DNA of 64,000 nt, taken from positions 1-64,000 of the IMG/VR virus record IMGVR_UViG_3300037337_000170. One strand, written 5' to 3'. The DNA is from a virus. Below the pieces are notes generated by a model, which did not search any database, had not been told where the DNA came from, and worked only from the letters and a program-made list of their open reading frames with translations. How positions within the stretch are numbered: position 1 is the stretch's first letter; every line of letters begins with the position of its first letter. Both the position numbers and the translations under genes were made by a program. This document shows, in pieces, positions 43,443 through 53,600 of the stretch.

Positions 43443-44720
43443 ATGGAGACCATATTATCCCAGGCTGGCCTTATCACAGTAGAAGAATGCATGATCCTAA
43501 AGCCAGGGCAAGATGGTGTGAATATCATTCAGCAATTGGCCTCAATAACTTTATATGAGGATTTGTATTCACCGTTTATTACTGGTCAGGTCATATTATC
43601 AGATACCGGCGATATCCCTAATCTTATCGGGCGTGGCGGCAAGGATATTCTTAAATTAAAATTATATACTCCTACCATTAATAAGGAGAACTATATTGAA
43701 GCCTTTTTTATGATTTATAAAATCGGTGATAGATTTAACTCCGCAGAAAGGTTTCAGCATTATACTCTTTTCATTGTGTCAGAAGAATACTTTCAAGACA
43801 CATCTAAAAGAATAAGCAAAACCTATTCTGATAATGCTAATAAGATTGTCAGCAATATATTGACAGATACCTTGAGCTCAACAAAGAAGTTTAATACTAC
43901 TGGGGATTCAAGTGTAATCAAATACACATCTAACTTTTGGAGCCCATCAAAGAATTTTAGATACATTACAGATCATGCAGTAGATGATAAAGGGTCTCCG
44001 TCTTTATTATTTTTTGAAAATAGATATGGCTTTAATCTCCACTCCCTAGATCACCTAATTGACAAGACAAATAGCCCACCGATTCAGAGTTTTATGAGCT
44101 CAGATTATTCAATAAACATGGAAAGTAATTCCGACAATCAGTTATCATATGGTCAGGCTCAACGAGATCCATCCAAGGATTTTCAAATCATACAAGATAT
44201 TAGAGTCGACAAGATTTTTAACTTTTTTGATGATTACGCCGCTGGTATGATTAAGACAAAGATGTATAGTCATGACATAAGCACCAAGAGATTGAATATT
44301 AAAAAATATGAGATGATTCAGGATACTGGTCCTAGACTTAATACCAATAGACCATACAGGGACGAAATTGTTTCTAACGTGGATCCTGTACTGATGTTTA
44401 TGACACAGCATAACAATTCACATGACAAAGGCGATTCTACGGATTTTAATATTAAACAGAAACGCATTATCAGACTAAGACAAATGTATTCTCAGACTAT
44501 TGAAATAGATGTTTTCGGCAGAACAGATTATACAGTAGGCAAAAAGGTAAATGTTTTTGTTAATCGATTAGTCCCTCTTATCAAAACCGACACTGAGGAT
44601 GACTATACAGATAAGATTTATTCCGGTGTGTATATTATTACGGCTATTACCCATAAAATAAATAGAGATCGACACCTGTGTGTGCTTGAGTTGAGTAAAA
44701 ATTCCACGGATCTAATGTAA
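43443..44720 (+). CDS. baseplate hub (gp27-like)
   Basis: LYEDLYSPFITG, FFENRYGF, SGVYIITAITH; lies between gp53 and gp5. Confidence 0.75.
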   Translation: METILSQAGLITVEECMILKPGQDGVNIIQQLASITLYEDLYSPFITGQVILSDTGDIPNLIGRGGKDILKLKLYTPTINKENYIEAFFMIYKIGDRFNSAERFQHYTLFIVSEEYFQDTSKRISKTYSDNANKIVSNILTDTLSSTKKFNTTGDSSVIKYTSNFWSPSKNFRYITDHAVDDKGSPSLLFFENRYGFNLHSLDHLIDKTNSPPIQSFMSSDYSINMESNSDNQLSYGQAQRDPSKDFQIIQDIRVDKIFNFFDDYAAGMIKTKMYSHDISTKRLNIKKYEMIQDTGPRLNTNRPYRDEIVSNVDPVLMFMTQHNNSHDKGDSTDFNIKQKRIIRLRQMYSQTIEIDVFGRTDYTVGKKVNVFVNRLVPLIKTDTEDDYTDKIYSGVYIITAITHKINRDRHLCVLELSKNSTDLM

Positions 44721-47251
44721 TGAAAAGTTCAAATGTATACTATGGGGTAGTAGAGGAAAGAACCGAGGACCCGCTAAAATTGGGTCGCTGTAGGGTTAGA
44801 ATTGTTGGGGTACATACAGAGGATAATACCATCCTACCGACCAAGGATCTACCGTGGGCGTATCCAATGATGCCGGTTAATTCTGCCTCCATGAATGGTA
44901 TCGGATACAGTCCCACTGGTATATTAGAGGGCACCTGGTGCATTCTGATTTTTAGAGATGCCGAACAACAGCAACCTATTATAATTGGAACTATCGGTGG
45001 CATACCTGAAGCAGATGCCCCAACAGAAACAGCTTTCGTTACTGAAGCCCAACCTGTAACAACTAGACCAGCATCTGTTACAACTGGTTCAGGTACAGTA
45101 CTTACTGACTCATCTGGTAATCCAGTTCTTCAAGGTGAGGAAAATAATCCCAGTGCATCTGAACGCCCTGCCACAGTTCCAGCACCAAACAAACCTGCGG
45201 CTGCGTCTATTGCAAAAAAAGCCGGAGCAATGAAGACTTCACAAGCTGGAATTGATATTATCATCTTTGAAGAAGGTATTAGTAGTCTAGTAAAAGGAAG
45301 AAACCGGGCAGTAAAAAAATATCCCTCTGACGATACTTTACTATATGCATATCTTGATACCAGAAATATTTGGACAATTGGTGTAGGTTCTACATTCATG
45401 CTTGATATGTCTCGCGTCAATGAGAATAGTGTGGTAACTGTATCTGTAGCAAAGCAAATGTTACAGGTACACTTATTAAATGAAGTAGAAATTCCTCTTA
45501 ACAGAAATATTAAAGCACCTGTTACTCAGGATATGTTTGATGCCATGGCATCTCTAGCCTATAATATGGGTGTATATGGTTGGATGAGGTCGGCCGCATT
45601 CAGTTCATTAAATGCAGGAAAATATGAGGAGGCTGCAGCCTTAATTCCAAGTACACGAACTGGTGGTGGGAACGGTCCAAGAAGGATACGAGAGGCCGCG
45701 CATTTTCGGGCTGGGGGTATACCCAATAAACAGAATGGTATTGATCAGGTTGCACCGACATCAGAAACTGCCGCAGTTTCTCAAGATTCTGGCGCAACGC
45801 AGAACACTGCAGTTCGACCTACTCCAGTAACAAAACCAGTTGAATCTAATCAAAACACTGTTAGCAGTCAGACCTCGGCTAACCCATCAAATGCTAGTGG
45901 AGGTACCTGGGAAGGTTTTAAAGATCCAAACAAAAAATACCCAATGGCTGAATGGTTAAATGAGCCCGATACCCATAGGCTAGCAAGAAACGAAGATATC
46001 GATAAAACAGTAGTCTATACCAAAGAGGCAGCAAGGGCCCGCGGAGTTGTATCGGCTGGGACTAGTTGGACTCAACCTCCGATTCCATATAATGCAAAAT
46101 ACCCTTATAACAATACATACGTTACTCAATCTGGTCATATTGATGAATGGGACGATACTCCAGGCAATGAAAGACTTCATAGATATCATAACTCTGGTAC
46201 CTATGAGGAAATAGATGTTAATGGAACCAGAGTTACCAGAATAATCGGTGATGATTATGAAATCTTAGAGCGACATGGTAATATATTAATTAAAGGTAAT
46301 TGTAATGTCACCATTCGCGGCAATAGTAATATTAGAGTAGATAATAATGCAAACATTGAGGTAGGTGGTAATTCGCATACATCGATTCATGGTAATTGGG
46401 ATTTAGGTGTTAGTGGTAATATTAATATTAATGCCGGTGGTGTGATTGCATTAGACGGTTCTAATATCCATCTTAATTCGGGACTTGCAAAGGTTGCCGC
46501 AAAAGGTGCTGGTGCTCAGGCCGCGCCAGAATTCTCAGAATTAAGCACTCCTAGTCGACATGAAGATGTCAAGTCTGCGTATGATTCACCCGAGGACGGC
46601 GACAATACAGAATTCCTTAATACGCAGATCGCATCGGGAAAAATTTCAGAGGAAGACGTGGCAGCAAAAACAGTAACCGTGGAAGAAACAGCGGCACCTA
46701 AACCGCCGATTCCAACAAAACCATTACCGCAGGGATGTGAGGGTCTGACCCTGCCATTTAATTCCAATACCAGGCTATCCCCAAATTATACTATGGGTGA
46801 CTTTATTAGAGAATCTACTGTAGCCAGAGGTATACCTAGCGCGCCCCAGGCCGGGTTTTCTACATTAGAGCTTGGCTGTAACATGAAGTTTATTGCCACC
46901 AACGTGGCCGAAATTGTTAAGGCTCGTTACCCTAATATGAAGATAAATAGTTGCTTTAGGTCGGCTGCAGCCAATAAAGGACTAGCTGGAGCATCATCGA
47001 CTTCTAAACATATGTCGGGTTTGGCCTTAGATATGGGCTTTATTGGTTTCGATAATAAGCAAAAATATGAAGCAGCAATTGAAATTCAGAAATTGTTACC
47101 TGACTATGACCAAATTATTCTAGAATACTCTGGCAGAAGTTGCTGGATCCATGTCGGTTTAAATAAAGGTAAGAATAGAAGAGTTATTCTTACCATGGAT
47201 GTAGGTAAGGGTGGAAGGACAATTCGGGATAAATTTGTTCTATTAGGTTAA
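44720..47251 (+). CDS. gp5: baseplate spike gp5 with lysozyme and C-terminal M15 peptidase domains
   Basis: OB-fold DPLKLGRCRVRI..H...LPWA, GH24 YLD..IWTIG, YPYN..T.SGH, beta-helix, SCFRS...SKH..GLALD...WIHV. Confidence 0.9.
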   Translation: MKSSNVYYGVVEERTEDPLKLGRCRVRIVGVHTEDNTILPTKDLPWAYPMMPVNSASMNGIGYSPTGILEGTWCILIFRDAEQQQPIIIGTIGGIPEADAPTETAFVTEAQPVTTRPASVTTGSGTVLTDSSGNPVLQGEENNPSASERPATVPAPNKPAAASIAKKAGAMKTSQAGIDIIIFEEGISSLVKGRNRAVKKYPSDDTLLYAYLDTRNIWTIGVGSTFMLDMSRVNENSVVTVSVAKQMLQVHLLNEVEIPLNRNIKAPVTQDMFDAMASLAYNMGVYGWMRSAAFSSLNAGKYEEAAALIPSTRTGGGNGPRRIREAAHFRAGGIPNKQNGIDQVAPTSETAAVSQDSGATQNTAVRPTPVTKPVESNQNTVSSQTSANPSNASGGTWEGFKDPNKKYPMAEWLNEPDTHRLARNEDIDKTVVYTKEAARARGVVSAGTSWTQPPIPYNAKYPYNNTYVTQSGHIDEWDDTPGNERLHRYHNSGTYEEIDVNGTRVTRIIGDDYEILERHGNILIKGNCNVTIRGNSNIRVDNNANIEVGGNSHTSIHGNWDLGVSGNININAGGVIALDGSNIHLNSGLAKVAAKGAGAQAAPEFSELSTPSRHEDVKSAYDSPEDGDNTEFLNTQIASGKISEEDVAAKTVTVEETAAPKPPIPTKPLPQGCEGLTLPFNSNTRLSPNYTMGDFIRESTVARGIPSAPQAGFSTLELGCNMKFIATNVAEIVKARYPNMKINSCFRSAAANKGLAGASSTSKHMSGLALDMGFIGFDNKQKYEAAIEIQKLLPDYDQIILEYSGRSCWIHVGLNKGKNRRVILTMDVGKGGRTIRDKFVLLG

Positions 47252-47261
47252 TAAATAAACT

Positions 47262-47645
47262 ATGAAAGCAATATACTCTGATATAGATTTTAATTTTTTA
47301 CCTAATCCTTTGACTGGGGATATTGGTATTAAAACAAATGAGTCTGCTGTAAAATCTGCCATTAAGACCTTGATACTTACGAACTATTTTGAAAAACCAT
47401 TTCATAGTGAAATAGGCTCACCGATTCGTAGTCTGTTATTTGAAAATATTACTCCCCTGTTGGATATTACTATCAGAGAGGCCGTTTCCGGTCTAATAAA
47501 AGAATACGAACCCAGAGTCGATCTTAATAATGTTACTGTCGATGTATCACCAGATAACAATAGAATGTTTATCGGTATTACATTTACTATAAAAAATACA
47601 CTAGAAACAAGTAGTATGGAAGTCATTCTAACCAGGACTCGATAA
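47262..47645 (+). CDS. gp25: baseplate wedge gp25
   Basis: YSDID..F..NP, EKPF...GS, YEPRV. Confidence 0.92.
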   Translation: MKAIYSDIDFNFLPNPLTGDIGIKTNESAVKSAIKTLILTNYFEKPFHSEIGSPIRSLLFENITPLLDITIREAVSGLIKEYEPRVDLNNVTVDVSPDNNRMFIGITFTIKNTLETSSMEVILTRTR

Positions 47646-47648
47646 GAT

Positions 47649-49424
47649 ATGAAAGATAATAAAAAGATTCAGACCACAGAACTAGACTTTGATGCTATTG
47701 TTACCAACATTAAAACATTTCTGTCTGGTCAGGAAGTTTTTAAGGATTATAACTTCGAGGGCTCTGCTCTTAATACCCTAATCGGTGTACTAGCCTATAA
47801 TACTCACTACAACGGTCTTACCACTAACTTTGCCGTTAATGAGATGTTTATGGATTCGGTCTCAAAGTATTCCAGCGCGGTTTCACTGGCAAAAATGATG
47901 GGGTACACCGCCAAGAGTATTCTATCACCTAGGGTAATGGTAGACATATTAATAACAGACCCTGAACTAAGTCCTGCACCTATTCTAACTATTCCTACTG
48001 GAACTAGATTTAGTACATCGATTAATAATGTATTATACTATTTTAATACCAGACTTGATTCTAGTGCCGAATTATTTCAGGGTACCTATTCTTTTACTGG
48101 TATAGAATTAATAGAAGGTGAGCAGAGATCAGTAACCATTCCAGTAACCAATAATTCTTACTATGTTGTTCCATCATTGAAGGCTGATATGTCAAGCCTA
48201 TCAGTAAGGGTTCAGTCTGGGTCTACCTTTACCAGATATAACCTAGCAGATGGTGTATTATCAATTACCCCTACATCTAAAACATTTTTTCTAAAGCAAA
48301 GAGAAGATTTGTATTATGAACTATCATTTGGTGACGGCATTATTGGTGTTGCATTAAATGTAGGTGACAATGTCATAATGTCATTTACGGATAGTAATGG
48401 GCCAGAAGCCAACATGGCAAGTACCTTTACATATTCGGCAGGCTTTAGAGGAGAGCTATTCTATGATGTCACCCTCTCCACTTCTAATGATGGAGCCTCT
48501 GGTGGAGCAGTTCAGGAAACATTGGCTTCTATAAAGACAAATGCGCCTAGAACTTTTATAACACAGAACAGAGCGGTAACTGCCTCTGATTATGAGGCCT
48601 TAATTCGATCCATTAACAGTAACATTGAGACCGTAAGGGTCTGGGGTGGACAGGATAATATTCCGCCTATTTTCGGTAAGGTGTTTATTGCGGTTAAGCC
48701 TTTTAATGGTGAGATTGTTTCTGAGTCAGAAAAGGCCCTATTATTGAACAGTATCTTACAGAAACGAAAGGTAGTAACAGTCTCTCCGGTAATTGTAGAT
48801 CCCGAATATCTACGAATTGAATTTACCAGTAGCATACAGTATGACCCACTGGTTTCCAGATTCAATTCTGGTCAACTTGAAACTATTATCCGTAATAGTA
48901 TAGTAGAATATGCAAATACTCTTAATACATTTGACTCGACATTTAGATACTCTGCATTAACTTCTAGAATTGATGCCTCGGACGTAGGTATCATTAGCAA
49001 CCTGTCTACCATTAGGGTTAGAAAACCGGTGCGTGTCTTGTTTAATACCAATAACACATATACCACGCTGTTCAATAATCCTATAAGAAATAGTCCAGGA
49101 AATACCACCTTTTTAAGTACAAGATTTTTTGTCAGCAGTGTGGTCAATCGTTGTTATATCAAGGACGACGGCAGGGGCGTCTTGGAATTATATTCAGAAG
49201 ATTTTAGTGGGATCGCAACATATGTACAGGACATTGGATCCATAGACTATATAAAGGGGTCTGTTATTATACCCCAACTTAATATTGTCGGCCTCTATGA
49301 TCCTGAACTTGAGTTTGTATTTCAACCAGAAATAAATGATATTATTCCTAAGCGACAATATATTATAACTCTACCCACAGAGTTGACCTATATCCGCGTG
49401 GTGGCGAATAGCACTGAAACATGA
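47649..49424 (+). CDS. gp6: baseplate wedge gp6
   Basis: LDFD, FKDYNFEGS, LAYNTHYN, QNRAVT..DY, WGG. Confidence 0.93.
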   Translation: MKDNKKIQTTELDFDAIVTNIKTFLSGQEVFKDYNFEGSALNTLIGVLAYNTHYNGLTTNFAVNEMFMDSVSKYSSAVSLAKMMGYTAKSILSPRVMVDILITDPELSPAPILTIPTGTRFSTSINNVLYYFNTRLDSSAELFQGTYSFTGIELIEGEQRSVTIPVTNNSYYVVPSLKADMSSLSVRVQSGSTFTRYNLADGVLSITPTSKTFFLKQREDLYYELSFGDGIIGVALNVGDNVIMSFTDSNGPEANMASTFTYSAGFRGELFYDVTLSTSNDGASGGAVQETLASIKTNAPRTFITQNRAVTASDYEALIRSINSNIETVRVWGGQDNIPPIFGKVFIAVKPFNGEIVSESEKALLLNSILQKRKVVTVSPVIVDPEYLRIEFTSSIQYDPLVSRFNSGQLETIIRNSIVEYANTLNTFDSTFRYSALTSRIDASDVGIISNLSTIRVRKPVRVLFNTNNTYTTLFNNPIRNSPGNTTFLSTRFFVSSVVNRCYIKDDGRGVLELYSEDFSGIATYVQDIGSIDYIKGSVIIPQLNIVGLYDPELEFVFQPEINDIIPKRQYIITLPTELTYIRVVANSTET

Positions 49425-51037
49425 CCTATCTAGCCGCTAATATTAAAAAGAATATTCCCGAGAACATTCGGGAAGAATACCCTCTATTTGTCTCTTTTAT
49501 ACAAGAATATTATAATTATCTTGAGACCATAGACATTGATCTATTTTCCATCAAGGATATTGATCTTGTTGATGACAGATTCATTGAATTCTACAGAAGG
49601 GATTTTGCAGCAGGTCTTCCCAACCTAGATTCTATTAATATTAGAGAGTTTTTACGACACGCAAAGGAGTTCTATGCGTCTAGAGGTTCACCAGAATCTT
49701 TTGCATATCTGTATAGAATAATTTTTAATGAGGAAATACAGTTTGAATATCCCGGTGATAGCATGCTACGTGCATCGGCCGGAATATGGGATCAAGAGTA
49801 TTTTATTGAAATTGAAACCCAGTACGGAACATTTGATCCTGATTTACCAATTGTTTATGAAATAAAACTAGATAACCTAAAATATACGCTGGTGCCGGTT
49901 AGGTACGAGCAGGTTGGTAATATTTTAAGATTATACATAGGCGCCAATACTCGTTATGCTGCAACAGGAGTTATCACTCAGACTGTTGATGACATTATTT
50001 TATACTCCGGCAATCATGTGCCTTGTGTTTCTGGCATTGAAATAGTTTCTGGTGGTGCTGATTGGAAAATTGGTAGTCTTATAGTAATTCCTGGTTCAGA
50101 CCGTGATACATATGCCAGAGTAACAAAGGTAAATGGTTCTGGTGCTATTACCAAACTTGAAACTATTAGTTTCGGTATGTATCACGTGCAGGGACAATTA
50201 TACACTGTTTCTCCGTACAAATATATTCCTATTGGCACTGCCGTTGAATATTCGGTTACTGGTGGCGGTCCATTTAATCACTCTCTAATAATCCAAGATG
50301 TCATCTATGATATTAATGAAACAGTAAATGCTGTAGTAGACCTTGATACATTTGCAGAAGGTGGATTCCCTTCAGTAGGCCCGCCTTATGCCATTAGAGG
50401 ATATTTTGGAGAAACATCCTTGCTAGCCGAGGATATCTCTGATAGTGATGTAATAACAGATTTTGATCAAGAAGGTGGTATCTCTCTAGGGCAATGGCTG
50501 ACCTCAAGGGTAACAGTTAGATTACTTTATGCCCTTTCATCCAAGAATAGGGGCACCTGGAAAAATGATGATGGGCAGGTTTCACATGATTCCTACAGAC
50601 TACAGGATAACTTCTATTATCAGGTATTTTCTTATATTATTGCATCCAAAGTAAATAGCCCACTTCAAGATAGAATGATCAAGCTTGCCCATCCGGCAGG
50701 TATGAAATATTTTAAGAAATTAGACCTAAGAACAGATATTGATTTTGCTGCTGAAATTACCAGGATTCTATCAAAAGAGACAATCTATCTATTTGATGAA
50801 ATTCTAGTAGAGTCCTCAATAAATAAACTTATAGCAAAAACACTTGATGATTCTATTAGTGCAGTAGATGTTATTACTGGTAAAATTGTCGATAAGCAGT
50901 TACTAGGTGATACACAGACAATAATTGATGGAACTACAAATACAATTATAAATCATTATTACGTTGAAGAAACCGACGAACCTGATTATTGGGATTTTGC
51001 GTATACCACAAATGATGTAACCTTGGAAATAACATGA
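49421..51037 (+). CDS. baseplate wedge subunit (gp7-like)
   Basis: F..F...YY, KEFY.SRG, LQDNFYYQVFSY, HPAG. Confidence 0.75.
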   Translation: MTYLAANIKKNIPENIREEYPLFVSFIQEYYNYLETIDIDLFSIKDIDLVDDRFIEFYRRDFAAGLPNLDSINIREFLRHAKEFYASRGSPESFAYLYRIIFNEEIQFEYPGDSMLRASAGIWDQEYFIEIETQYGTFDPDLPIVYEIKLDNLKYTLVPVRYEQVGNILRLYIGANTRYAATGVITQTVDDIILYSGNHVPCVSGIEIVSGGADWKIGSLIVIPGSDRDTYARVTKVNGSGAITKLETISFGMYHVQGQLYTVSPYKYIPIGTAVEYSVTGGGPFNHSLIIQDVIYDINETVNAVVDLDTFAEGGFPSVGPPYAIRGYFGETSLLAEDISDSDVITDFDQEGGISLGQWLTSRVTVRLLYALSSKNRGTWKNDDGQVSHDSYRLQDNFYYQVFSYIIASKVNSPLQDRMIKLAHPAGMKYFKKLDLRTDIDFAAEITRILSKETIYLFDEILVESSINKLIAKTLDDSISAVDVITGKIVDKQLLGDTQTIIDGTTNTIINHYYVEETDEPDYWDFAYTTNDVTLEIT

Positions 51038-51483
51038 TAAACGAAAACATTAAAGCAATAGGTACTCTTAGACTAACCCTAACTGATAAGGGTGAAAATG
51101 TTAAGATTGACCGTTGTGAGGATAATATTATTACTACTATAGGTAAGTCGTATATTGCTCAGAGAATTTCCCTTAATACAACTCCTTTAATGGGGTGGAT
51201 GGCTATAGGCACATCTAATACTGTAGAGTCTGCCGGTAATACCCAGCTTGGTGCAGAACTCCCAGGAAGCCGCCAGGTAGCAGTACCATCAAGTAATAAT
51301 AACGTAGCAAACTTTACAAGTGTATTCTTACCTGGTATTGGTACAGGTGCTATTGTAGAAGCTGCTGTTTTTAATGACGCCCTATTTAATTCTGGTATTA
51401 TGCTAAATCGAGTAACCTTTGCAGTAATCAATAAAGACGCAGCAGATACACTTACCATCTCATGGAATATCACAGTAGCATAA
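51034..51483 (+). CDS. baseplate/tail-collar-like structural protein
   Basis: MAIGT, F.PG.GTGAI.EA..FN, I.K...DTLTI.W. Confidence 0.7.
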   Translation: MINENIKAIGTLRLTLTDKGENVKIDRCEDNIITTIGKSYIAQRISLNTTPLMGWMAIGTSNTVESAGNTQLGAELPGSRQVAVPSSNNNVANFTSVFLPGIGTGAIVEAAVFNDALFNSGIMLNRVTFAVINKDAADTLTISWNITVA

Positions 51484-51484
51484 T

Positions 51485-53557
51485 ATGCCAATTGTAACTC
51501 TACCTGGTGCAGCAATTGCTGCCGCAACCGATTTTGTCAATAGTATTCAATTGAATAGAGAAATTTACCATTTATATTTTGGTAAAATTGATAGTTGGGA
51601 TAATCAGCTAGATACACCTGGGTCAGAGATTTCAAATCTAGTCACAGAACGGGAGGTCAGAAATAATATGGTATACCTTCGTCGGGTAATGCCAGGCGAG
51701 ATTTCCATGTGTGCTCAAAAGAATGAATGGGCACAAGCACCTGAGTATAAAGTATATACTCAGTGGGATGATATTCTGCCAAATTCTATTAATGACTATC
51801 ATGTAGTCAATTCTAATTTTCAGGTCTATAAATGTCTGGATAATAATAACGGTGCATTATCAGAAATTGAACCTGCAGGTGGTTTCTTTGTTCCAATTAC
51901 TCTAGCCGATGGGTATATCTGGAAATATATGTACACTATTCCAGTGGCAAAACGTAAGCGGTTTAATAGTCTGGATAAAATGCCGGTACAGACCGCCTTG
52001 TCAGAAACATTCTACAGCCAAGGAACTATAGGTGCTATTAACATTTTAGACAGTGGCACAGGTTATCCTAATTTACCTATTACAACATTGAGATTAGATG
52101 GTACAACTACCGGGTCGGGACTAGATGCCGTAATTACCCAAGTCGACCAGTACGGTGGTATTACTCAGATTACTATTAACGATGGTGGTGGGAATTATAC
52201 TTCACTAAACTTAGAGACCAGTGGAATCGGAGCATCAGCCGTACTTGTGCCAACGGTTGTATCAGGAGTTATAACTGACATTACCATAACAGCAATGGGT
52301 TCTAACTACGTGATTGGAGATACTATTACCTCATCTGTAGGTGGCGCAATATTGTTACCTGTAATTGATCCTGTTTCTGGTTCGATTGTTTCAGTTAAAG
52401 TAATTAACGCCGGCAAAGGTTATGTTGGTGCACCAAATGTTATTATCGAGGTAGAGCCAGGATATAGTACAGGAACCGGCAAGTACCCTGGCAATTCCGG
52501 TGCTATTATAGTATTGAATATGCTTGATGGTGAGATTGATACTATTTCAATCAATGATCCTGGTTTGGATTATGTTAAGGATAATGCTACAAGTATTTTG
52601 GTTGTAGGTGATGGAACTGGAGCAGAATTAATTCCTATTCTTGATTCGACTGGAGCAGTTGTAGAAATCTTTATTAAATCCGGTGGTACAGGATATACCT
52701 TTGCTAATGCAAATATATCTGGCATAGGCGGTTCGGGTGCATCTATTTCCATAAACCTAAATGATTCTGACATTGTGTCGGATCAGTCTATTGTAGAGCA
52801 ATCTGCAATAGATGGTGCTATTCATAATATTGTCCTGATTACTGGTGGAGTTCTTTATACAAGCCAAACCAATATAACCATATCGGGTGATGGTATTGGA
52901 TGTATAGCAGTCCCTATTATAGACCAAGGTATTATTACCAAAATAAGTATTATTGCACCTGGCACCGGATACACCCGGGCAGTTGTTACGATTAATGACC
53001 CTACAAGAAATGATCCTAGTAATACATTACAATTTGCAACTGCTAGGGCAATTTTAGCGCCTGCAGGGGGGCATGGTAGAAATGCCGTTAGGGAATTAAG
53101 AGTAGATTCGGTTTGTATTTCAGCAGTTCTTCAGGACATACCAGAATTTAAATTAATCTCTCAGGATTTCAGACAGTACGGTCTTACTAAAAATATTAGA
53201 AAATCTAATACCAACAAAAGATTGACAGCTTTAAGTAGTTACGAAGCTATTATAACACGGTTCGAAAATACTGTAGACCTATTACCAGATATGGTAATTC
53301 AAAATAATATTAACTTTTTTAAGGTGATTTATATAGATGGAAAAACTGTACATCTAATACCACTAACCAGGAAACCGGTTTCCCCAATTGGAATATTAAG
53401 AACTGCTGATTCAGTATCCTCATGGAGTTGTTCTGCCATATTAACATACCCAACGACTGATCGTTATACAGGTGATTTACTATTTGTTAGCAACGAGGTA
53501 CCATTCATAGTGGATGAGGTGCAAGGTATAAATATCAAAACATATCTAAAATTTTGA
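51485..53557 (+). CDS. gp8: baseplate wedge gp8-like protein with inserted repeat domains
   Basis: VYKCLDNN, DGYIWKYMY, GHG.NA..EL, FRQYGL; repeated I...G.GY modules. Confidence 0.8.
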   Translation: MPIVTLPGAAIAAATDFVNSIQLNREIYHLYFGKIDSWDNQLDTPGSEISNLVTEREVRNNMVYLRRVMPGEISMCAQKNEWAQAPEYKVYTQWDDILPNSINDYHVVNSNFQVYKCLDNNNGALSEIEPAGGFFVPITLADGYIWKYMYTIPVAKRKRFNSLDKMPVQTALSETFYSQGTIGAINILDSGTGYPNLPITTLRLDGTTTGSGLDAVITQVDQYGGITQITINDGGGNYTSLNLETSGIGASAVLVPTVVSGVITDITITAMGSNYVIGDTITSSVGGAILLPVIDPVSGSIVSVKVINAGKGYVGAPNVIIEVEPGYSTGTGKYPGNSGAIIVLNMLDGEIDTISINDPGLDYVKDNATSILVVGDGTGAELIPILDSTGAVVEIFIKSGGTGYTFANANISGIGGSGASISINLNDSDIVSDQSIVEQSAIDGAIHNIVLITGGVLYTSQTNITISGDGIGCIAVPIIDQGIITKISIIAPGTGYTRAVVTINDPTRNDPSNTLQFATARAILAPAGGHGRNAVRELRVDSVCISAVLQDIPEFKLISQDFRQYGLTKNIRKSNTNKRLTALSSYEAIITRFENTVDLLPDMVIQNNINFFKVIYIDGKTVHLIPLTRKPVSPIGILRTADSVSSWSCSAILTYPTTDRYTGDLLFVSNEVPFIVDEVQGINIKTYLKF

Positions 53558-53600
53558 TACAAAATAATATTCTTACTGTCAGAACCGCAATTAAAGTCTA

